From Octopus bimaculoides (Eukaryota): DNA of 64,000 bases. The stretch spans positions 54,924,538 through 54,988,537 of the forward strand of contig NC_068997.1 of the NCBI RefSeq assembly GCF_001194135.2, given 5' to 3'. The notes below the pieces were generated by a model. That model ran no database searches. It had not been told where the DNA came from and was given only the letters and a program-made list of their open reading frames with translations. Position numbers and translations under genes: made by a program. Shown piece after piece: positions 54,831 to 64,000 of the stretch. Positions within the stretch are counted from its first letter, which is position 1. The number at the start of each line of letters is the position of its first letter.

Positions 54831-56929
54831 AGTATGAAAAGTTTATGAGCTTTGAAGAATAAATCTAGAAAAAAAAAAAAAAAAAGATGGTTTGGAAGTG
54901 TTTCCTGTTGAAGTGTCTTTGAGATATCTTAACATTTCATGTTTTAGCAATGTAATGTTTGCTTGAAATCTGTGATGCTGTTTTAACGAGATCACCTGCT
55001 CCAAGATTTTATAGATATTGTCTATTCTAATGTCTTTGTGGCACCATTTGCAACAATGTAGGAATGATATTTTTACTTGAAATATTTTCAAAGTCGTAGT
55101 TGCTCCATATACTTCATTGAAAAATCCTTTTTAATTATTTCACTTTTAAATATATTCTATGAGCAGAAATATTCATTCTAATCAACACATAATCTAATAT
55201 ATATTTAGCAAATATTACATATTAACAATAACCAAAGAGATAGATATTTAAAAAAATACATAATAATAAACTTGATATCTAAACATAGATATTTGAAATA
55301 CAAATTGAAATTCTGAAATCTACAGTTGATCTGATTCAGTTTCCTCCTATAAAGAAATATCAAGTTATATTATTCAATATAACTTGCCAACTTATTCAAT
55401 AATTAGCACAATTAAATTAACTCTGACAACAAAAAAAAAAAAACCTTCTTAGATTTCTCTCTTTAATTCTCATCTTCCAAATTCCATTACGTACAGCTGT
55501 TTCCGATATTGGTTTCAATTTCATAATTGACTTCATAGTTAAATTAGCTGAGATTTGAATAGATGATTTCAGAATAAAACTTTAAGTGTTCTTAATTTCT
55601 TTTGTTTGAAACAATTCAACATTTATGATGGCTAATAGTAATTTAAAGCTTAACTTAAAGGCAAGAGATCTTAACTCCACATGAATAGGAATGGTGTTGC
55701 TACACTAAAGAACAGCAGAAGAAGCTGAAAGGAAGTTTTCATTCGTGAAGAAATTAGAATCAAGTTGTATCTTTCTTAAGCCAAAGTTGTGTACATAATA
55801 ATGGCTGTGATTTAAAGCAGTAAAATTTGTCACACTAGGTTAGGTGTTCAAATCTTATCAAGATTTAATGCTTTTCTACTTCCTTCAGAATCATTAAAAA
55901 AATAAAAGAAATGAAATACCAGTTTGTAATACGAAGGTAAGTGTTTTAGCAGCTTAATGGTTCATTCCTCTTCTCACTTGTAATTTCTAATATTCCTCCA
56001 ATATATAAATTCAATATTAATATAAAGATAAATATTGAATTTGAGAAGAGGAAGGGCAACTAATTTCAGAAATGAATTTCCAATTTCCATTTGAGGGAAG
56101 ATGTTGCTTGCAATGTTTGAAATAAAAAGATGAAGGGGAAGAGGAAGAGTTAGTTTGAGAAATGCAAAGTTTGATTAAATTGATGCTAAAAATAATAAGG
56201 AGCACATAGAAGCAGATAATATTCCATGGAGTAGTACACCTTGGAATAGAGAGACAGGTAAGACAGATCTCCAGAGAAAAAAGGTGTAGTTTAGCCAGAC
56301 ATTGTTAAAGGGACAATTCTATCCAAGTTGTCCATGTTCTAGATGTCTTGGTGTTTGTGGTAGAAGAAGATGAAATGATGATACGTTTAGAAATAAACAT
56401 TATTAAGGTATAAAGTGGTAGATAATCATATTGTATAATTAGGCAATAATTATACTCAGAAGGGTGTGTAGAAATTTAAGAATAAAGGTGATGGAATAAC
56501 GAAGAGGGAGGAACTAACTGATGAGGATGGATGACTGAAATATACAGAATGATAAATCAGAAAATAAGGTTTCATGGATTTATGGTACTTTGTCCCTAAA
56601 AGTACTAATCTAATTTGAAATTCCTGTACTCTAAAGCATGATAGAGTACAGACAGCTGAACTGAAAACTAAGATTTACTTGGATTTATGTTTCCCTGTAA
56701 AATAAAGCTGCTATTTCCTTCATTGTCACATCTCGTTCAAAATTCCACCAGTAATTGAGTTGGGTAAACGAAAAGCTAAACTAATATTTCTCTCAAAATA
56801 TACACTAAATACATAGAAGCTTGGTAGAAGAAGCAAGGTAAATAAGACTCAATATATGAGTATTTATATATTTTTTAATTTTTAAATGTGACTCAAAAGC
56901 AGACAGCTTCATGCATATTTGATAAGTTC

Positions 56930-57700
56930 TCTGCACGAAACTCTCAGCCCTTGAGTCACTTTGCAACTTCTGCTGATTAAAAATAGTAAAATGTTAAATA
57001 TGCATACCTGTGTGCTGCATCTGTAACGTTGAAAATAAAGATTTAAATGTAGATAATGGTATGAAATATGCCAACCACATCCGTAGATTAAGACTCAGAA
57101 TGAAGAAGGCAAATTCTCCTCTTAAGTGCCAACTTATCGTTATCTAATTGAGAAATGTCTTCACGAGTATTGACAGCCGTGCTACATGGTATATAATGGA
57201 TCACATTGACTTTCCATCTTAAAAGGTCAGCTTTCTGCATGGACAATGGAAAATGTTAAATAAAGTGTGAACGCTTAACGTAGTTTGCTGCGAACACGAA
57301 TCTACAGAACTACAAACCAATTTAATCTGCTTTATTTAAAGTCTCAGAGGACTGAATAATGATATACATAGAAATTAATAATGGATTAAAATAGAGTGAT
57401 GTCACCAAGCTAAGGGATCTGGAAATCGTTGACAGTCATTTTATTTGCCAACACACAGGCTGACATGCAATGCACACTTCGTTATCTGATAATTGGTTTC
57501 TGAAAATTGGTTTCAAGATCAAAATAACGACAAACTACACAGAATTTGAAAAGTTCTGTGATGCTATAAGAACATTTGCCAAATGTGATCGACACCTTTC
57601 ATTGTCTTAACGTTGCTGTCTCTCACGATTCCAGAGTGATGCATGAAATTCACAATAAAACTGGCAGGGTGACAGTACAAATGACAAACTTCAAATATGC
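56930..57700. promoter_or_regulatory. CpG-retaining unique region, candidate promoter/first-exon region for the minus-strand gene
   Basis: About 16 CpGs counted by eye in ~700 bp against a CpG-poor background, no SINEs or microsatellites recognised, and a minus-strand donor at its lower edge (57008). Confidence 0.3.
57008..57020 (-). other. Candidate 13-nt micro-exon, or 3' end of a first exon (ATGCAGCACACAG)
   Basis: ctttattttcaacgttacag|ATGCAGCACACAG|gtatgc, next to a CpG-retaining region with no recognised repeats. No transcript evidence. Confidence 0.35.
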
Positions 57701-57944
57701 TTTACACATCATTTTGATGTAGAATATTTTCAACACTCTTCATGCCTTCACCATTATATACACAACTGAGATATGACTTCTAAACAAAACAACAGGAAAA
57801 TGACACATCAACTTCAAACTATTGGAACCTGGTCAAAACAATTTCTATTAACAATAACAAATACACACCAGACAAGAAAGTGGTACAGTTGAATGAGTAG
57901 CAAAGAAGCTGAGGCATTATAGATGCAGGTTTCATTGTGCAATT

Positions 57945-58365
57945 CAGAAATTTGCTTCACAAGCACGGGGTCCCAGGATTGACCTCTCTACCTGGAACCT
58001 TGAACATGTCTCTTCTATCATAGCTTTGGTTAACCAATGCCTTCTGAGTGGAATTTTGCTGATGGAAACTGTACAGAAGCCCACTTTGAATAGCTTTGTT
58101 AATCAGTTTGAGCCTAGTACTTATCTAAGTCTGGCACTTAGTCTGGCAGACCTCTTTTTTTTGTTGAACTGATAAATTATAAGGATGTAAACAAACCAAT
58201 TCCAGTTGCCACATGCACATACGACAGACTTCCATGCAGTTTCTATTTGCCAACTTCGTTCACAAGGCATTGGTTAGCTTTGAGCTTATCCGGGGTAGAG
58301 AATAGTGGAACCAAACCTAAAACTTTGTGGTGGTGAAAGAAACGCCCTAACCACACAAGCCTGCT
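57945..58365. mobile_element. Two degenerate family A SINE heads in inverted orientation (+ 57945-58085; - 58220-58365)
   Basis: ggttaaccaatgccttctgagtggaattt..gatggaaactg versus cagtttctatttgccaac..cacaaggcattggttagc. Confidence 0.6.
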
Positions 58366-59723
58366 TGGCCCCATTACAAGTAAAGGGCTGGGATTGAATC
58401 AAAGCCCAATAATCAAAGATAAAATATATTGTGTATTCAACCTCAATCTACAGTGAACAGATATTGTTAATTTCAACCAGCAATGGTTAAAAGCCAGTAA
58501 GGCAGGCAAGGATCACTAAATGGAAGGAAATAAGTTCCAAGTTTTATAAAAATAAACTTGGGAAAAGAATAAACAGCACAAAAATTGAAATAATGTTTTT
58601 AAGTGCCTCAGACAATCTCAGAAAACTCCAATCCATTAGACTAAAAGAAGTGTGTTTTTAAGCATCTTCTCTCAGGACACGGAAATTGTTCGAAATTATC
58701 CTTCAAGAACAATATTTATTTATTGTCCAATAAATATGTTTTCATCTGATTACTTAACCTCTAGCTCAACTACTAACAGCTATGTGTGTGTGTGTGTGTG
58801 TGTGTGTCGCTTTCTCTCTGTATATACTTATACACACACACATTACATGATGTAGCATACATACAAAGATGATGCTTAGTTATCCTCCTTTTAATATACA
58901 TATAAATATATATACATACATACATATGCAGAGAGAGAAAGAGAAAGCATGAGGAACCCAGACATATGTAAATACACCTATAGATATAAATCTACGTATA
59001 GAGTCTTCCCCCCCCTCCCTATATACATATAAAAACTTCATTCTTGTACAGGATATTTCTCATGTGTCTCACTGGTGAAAAAGAGGAAAGATAAACTAGT
59101 TTATAGCTAAGTAGTCTTAAGTACAGTAACAACAATACAATCGCATCAAACAACAGACACTCAACACAAATATTATGTTACTGTCGTGAGTACTAGTATC
59201 GGTCTATATACAAAAACCACATATTTTTAATAACTATTACCCACTGTTGTTGTTGTTGTTGAATCCCCTGATCAGCCTTGGCTGGATAATCCTACAATGA
59301 AATATATTCTGGTCACAACCATCTCAGTTCTTCCTGAGACACTGTACAACCAGGACAACATTAATCAAAGAAAGTAGAGAGTTGAGGCAGGAAGTGACAG
59401 ATTGCTAATGCTATTAATTTGATGGACTCTAGTGTTTTCTTCATTGGTGTTTGGTCAACTGATGTAGCTTCATGAAAGTACATTTTCTATTTTATCCTGC
59501 TGACCTGTCAGGTGAGCCCATTCTAAAGTTGAAAAACTTGAATGGAATAATATGGAATTCAACTGGAACAATATGATTCACAGTTCTTGTGTACTTTCTT
59601 CCTAGAAACAAATGTTGTAGAGGCCATAATAGAGAAGAAAACTCTTAATTAACAAAGACATGATGAACTGGTTAACTCTGGGATCTACTGTCTTACATTG
59701 TTATTTACATAATAATTCAATAT

Positions 59724-60084
59724 ACTTTTCTACTCGAGGCACAAGGCCCAAAATTTTGGGGGAGGGGGCCAGTCGATTAGAATGAACTCAGTAGACAGGA
59801 TGAAAGGCAAAGTCGACCTTGGAGGAATTTGAACTCAGAACGTAAAGACAGACAAAATACTGCTAAGCATTTCGCCCGGCATGCTAACATTTCTGCCAGC
59901 TCCCCACACCTTATAATAATTCAATATTCTTTTCTGCTCTAGGTACAAGGCCCAAAATTTTGGGGAGGTGGGGGACGGTCGACTAGATGAACTCCAGTAT
60001 ACAATTGGTTCTTAATTTATCAACCCCCGAAAGGATGAAAGTATTTTGCCTGGCATGCTAATGTTTCTGCCAGCTCACCACCTT
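59724..60084 (-). mobile_element. Head-to-tail pair of family B SINEs separated and flanked by the same 15-mer
   Basis: ataataattcaatat at 59709-59723, 59913-59927 and 60085-60099. Confidence 0.9.
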
Positions 60085-61230
60085 ATAATAATTCAATATT
60101 GATGCAGGTATAGCTGTGTGATAAAGAAATCTGTTTAGCAACCATATGGTTTTAAGTTCAGTCATGCTGCATAAAATTTCTTTGACTGAATCTTGTCTGA
60201 CCCTTGCAAGCAAGGAAAAGTAATCGTTAAAATGGTGACAATAACAATGAGGAGGAGTTCCTATGCCTATTTCTCTCTGTTTTTCTTTCTTTCTCCTTTG
60301 TCTACTCCATCTTCTCTTAATCCTCATCCTCTCTTTCTCGAATCTCAATCTGTTTTCTTCTTTCTCCTTCATTGTAGAACGAAGAAATCTTTCTTCTCCA
60401 AACTTCATTTTCCAGGCAATACATTCAGAGCCACGATGCACACAAATTTCGAATTTATATTATTCAGTCAACAACACTTGTTGTAAATTTTTGTTTTTAT
60501 ATTAAATATCTTTTTCATTTTATTTAATTTTTTTTTATCCAACATGTTAACTCAACTGCAATAATGAACACTTTTATATAGTATTTTCTTATGAGTGCAT
60601 CATTACATACCTGATGCATGTGTGTGTGTATACATGTATGTATGCACATATATATATATATATTGTATGCTGCAAACAAGAAGTTGTATTAAGTTACTTG
60701 ATTGCACATGTCCCAAGGGATCGGAAGCATTTGAATAACTTATATATGATAAACCTTTCCCTACACTTTAAAAATATATTTGTTACAGTTGAAATTAAAA
60801 AAAAAAAAAGAAGAGAAAAAAAATCTCATTTTTATTTTTCAATTATGTTTCTTCTCGTCAGAATCTTTGTGTTGCCTTAATGAGCGACATTACTGCCAGC
60901 TCTGTTTCTTTTGATTTTTATCAACTTTATCTGATTCTTTGTGAATCCTATTGCACATCATCACATACATCATTTCAACATGGGCCTAGCTTTCATCTTG
61001 ATGTATTCTTTACTGAAGTTTTATGAATAAAATAAGAACGACAAAAAGAGGATAGAGTGATACTTTTGCTACCATCATAGCCATGTTTTTCTTATCACAG
61101 TAAAAGATGATAGAAGCATCTCATGTCTTATTCCAGGAAATACAAAACAGATGCACTCTGTTTGGTTAGGTTTTTTCCTCCTCACATTGACTGGCACTAA
61201 ACTTAACCATATCGTAATCCTTACTAATAA

Positions 61231-61445
61231 AGGTGGTGAGCTGGCAGAATCGGTAGCATGCTGGACAAAATTCTTAGCAGCATTTCGTCCATGCCAACAT
61301 TCTGAGTTCATATTCTGCCAAGGTAGACTTTGCCTTTCAGGATTGATGAAATAAGAACCAGTTAAGCACTGGGGTTGATGTCATTGACTTACCCGACCAC
61401 TAAAATCGTTAGCTTTGGACCAAAATTTGTAACAAATATTATTAT
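61231..61445 (+). mobile_element. Family B SINE variant with (ATT)n tail
   Basis: ggtggtgagctggcagaatcggtagcatgctgg..ttctgagttc..gcactggggttgatg. Confidence 0.85.
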
Positions 61446-61456
61446 TATTATTATCA

Positions 61457-62989
61457 TTTCCATGTCAACGAAGGCCAGGTACCAAGGATAAACCTCTGTA
61501 CCTGGCCTTCGTTGACATGGAAAAAGCCTTTGACAGGGTCCCTCGATCCCTTATCTGGTGTCAATGAGGAAACTTGGGATAGAAGAATCGTTAGTGAGAG
61601 CTGTGCGAGCCATGTACAGAGATGCTGCCAGTAAGGTGAGGGTTGGAAATGAGTACAGTAATGAATTCCGGGTAGAGGTAGGGGTCTACCAAGGTTCTGT
61701 CCTCAGCCCCCTCCTATTTATCATAGTACTCCAGGCGATCACAGAGGAATTCAAGACAGGTTGCCCCTGGGAGCTCCTCTATGCTGATGACCTTGCACTA
61801 ATTGCGGAGTCACTATCAGAACTAGAGGAGAAGTTTCAGGTGTGGAAGCAAGGACCTTAGAGTCAACCTAGCAAAAACCAAAATCCTANNNNNNNNNNNN
61901 NNNNNNNNNNNNNNNNNNNNNNNNNNNNNNNNNNNNNNNNNNNNNNNNNNNNNNNNNNNNNNNNNNNNNNNNNNNNNNNNNNNNNNNNNNNNNNNNNNNN
62001 NNNNNNNNNNNNNNNNNNNNNNNNNNNNNNNNNNNNNNNNNNNNNNNNNNNNNNNNNNNNNNNNNNNNNNNNNNNNNNNNNNNNNNNNNNNNNNNNNNNN
62101 NNNNNNNNNNNNNNNNNNNNNNNNNNNNNNNNNNNNNNNNNNNNNNNNNNNNNNNNNNNNNNNNNNNNNNNNNNNNNNNNNNNNNNNNNNNNNNNNNNNN
62201 NNNNNNNNNNNNNNNNNNNNNNNNNNNNNNNNNNNNNNNNNNNNNNNNNNNNNNNNNNNNNNNNNNNNNNNNNNNNNNNNNNNNNNNNNNNNNNNNNNNN
62301 NNNNNNNNNNNNNNNNNNNNNNNNNNNNNNNNNNNNNNNNNNNNNNNNNNNNNNNNNNNNNNNNNNNNNNNNNNNNNNNNNNNNNNNNNNNNNNNNNNNN
62401 NNNNNNNNNNNNNNNNNNNNNNNNNNNNNNNNNNNNNNNNNNNNNNNNNNNNNNNNNNNNNNNNNNNNNNNNNNNNNNNNNNNNNNNNNNNNNNNNNNNN
62501 NNNNNNNNNNNNNNNNNNNNNNNNNNNNNNNNNNNNNNNNNNNNNNNNNNNNNNNNNNNNNNNNNNNNNNNNNNNNNNNNNNNNNNNNNNNNNNNNNNNN
62601 NNNNNNNNNNNNNNNNNNNNNNNNNNNNNNNNNNNNNNNNNNNNNNNNNNNNNNNNNNNNNNNNNNNNNNNNNNNNNNNNNNNNNNNNNNNNNNNNNNNN
62701 NNNNNNNNNNNNNTGGACTGGCTCTTGTGCGGGTGACACATGGGATGCACCATTTTGAGCGTGGCCGTTGCCAGTACCGCCTGACTGGCCTTCGTGCAGG
62801 TGACACGTAAAAGCACCCACTACACTCTCGGAGTAGTTGGCGTTAGGACGGGCATCCAGCTGTAGAAACTCTGCCAAATTAGATTGGAGCCTGGTGTTGC
62901 CATCCGGTTTCACCAGTCCTCAGTCAAATCGTCCAACCCATGCTAGCATGGAAAGCGGACGTTAAATGATGATGATAATGATGATGATC
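61457..62989 (+). mobile_element. 5'-truncated RTE LINE spanning a gap, inserted into the SINE (ATT)n tail
   Basis: KDKPLYLAFVDMEKAFDRVPR..SMRKLG..QGSVLSPLLF..LLYADDLALIAES (RT motifs; one frameshift and one deletion). After the gap come the RTE 3'UTR and (GAT)n. Possible low-complexity TSD attattatca at 61447-61456 / 62990-62999. Confidence 0.92.
61889..62713. other. Assembly gap (825 N) inside the RTE
   Basis: N run. Confidence 1.
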
Positions 62990-63622
62990 ATTATTATCAT
63001 CATCATAGGAACAAGCATATTACAAGGTAGCAGAAAGAGTAGTGTTGTTAGGATGAAACAGAGAGAAAGAGAGAAATTGTTTTTGAAATTTGAGACAATG
63101 TCAGAAGTAAAAGAATAGGAGCAAAACGAAACAAAAACCAGTTAATTTTTACTTTGAACTTACTTAATATTTCGATATTTCTGGGTTAAAATCCCTTTAT
63201 GAAGAGAAAATGGAGGATGATGGTCAGTAGAATCTTTTGTAAAAAAAAAGATTTAACGGAGGATGGTACTTTTGCTAAAAAATGTCAGCTAGCCACCTTC
63301 CCACCATCCTCACGATAAAGGACTTTTGACTTTGAAATATTGAAACATCAACTGTTATTTTGCTTTACTTCTGTGTTCACCCTTTATTTCTGTTTTCTAT
63401 TGTAACAGAAAATGGCAGCCATACTGCTGACCAGAGTAGCAGTAGCGATGTGGTGGAGGTGGTAGTAGTAGTAGTAGACTTAGTGGTGGTAGTAGTAACA
63501 GTTATAATCGATTAAATTAACACCACTACTTAACTGCTGCATATTAACGCTGGATCCCTCAGGACCTTATAAAATATCCTTAAGGGATGAAAGACAGGCA
63601 ATGAGAAGTTGAGAGGGAAATT

Positions 63623-64000
63623 AGAAAGGAAGGGGTAACCAGAAAGGAAGGGATAACCAGAAAGGAAGGATAACCAGAAAGGAGGGGTAACCAGAAAGGA
63701 AGGGGTAACCAGAGAGGAAGGGATAGCCAGAAAGGAAGGGATAACCAGAAAGGAAGGGATAACCAGAAAGGAAGGGGTAACCAAAAAGGAAGGGGTAACC
63801 AGAAAGGAAGGGATAGCCAGAAAGGACGCGATAACGAGAAAGGAAGCGATAACCAGAAAGGAAGCGGTAACCAGAAAGGAAGGGATAACCACAAAGGAAG
63901 GATAACCAAAAAGGAAGGGATAACCAAAAAGGAAGGATAACCAAAAAGGAAGGGATAACCAAAAAGGAAGGGGTAACCAGAAAGGAAGGGATAGCCAGAA
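63623..64000. repeat. Purine-rich ~18-bp minisatellite (AGAAAGGAAGGGRTAACC)n running off the window
   Basis: Direct reading. It explains the VIPSFL-repeat ORFs. Confidence 0.97.

Noticed and set aside
63530-63962. VIPSFL/LPFWL/SGYPFL repeat ORFs
   Set aside because: Translations of an 18-bp minisatellite; no splice or domain evidence.

Overview
AT-rich metazoan genomic DNA, most likely octopus/cephalopod (inferred from recalled SINE and RTE families, not from a search). It is mostly non-coding, full of (TA)n/(CA)n/(CT)n microsatellites, with four assembly gaps. One host-gene exon is well supported: a 190-nt minus-strand exon (33218-33029) with strong splice sites. It encodes a signal peptide followed by VYRWKT-G split at a phase-1 intron, matching the N-terminus of THSD7-type thrombospondin-repeat proteins. 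No downstream TSP1 exon was recognised in 1-33028, so that stretch is probably one intron of at least 33 kb. Candidate 5'-leader micro-exons lie at 35825-35858 and 57008-57020, and a CpG-retaining candidate promoter lies near 57 kb. The rest is transposon material: several tRNA-head SINE families (some with clean TSDs), young 5'-truncated RTE LINEs with (GAT)n tails, older RTE/CR1/Penelope relics, a half mariner, a TTAA-flanked MITE and weak hAT/MULE relics. The most interesting observations are (i) a second fully open frame across the start exon, which would give a 111-aa signal-peptide ORF if the exon circularises or an overlapping uORF if spliced from the 13-nt ATG micro-exon; (ii) repeated local fold-back inverted duplications; and (iii) a TSD-SINE-TSD-SINE-TSD array plus a shared AATAT insertion junction. 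These are hypotheses from sequence alone. No proven novel system is claimed. Repeat boundaries are approximate unless a TSD is given.
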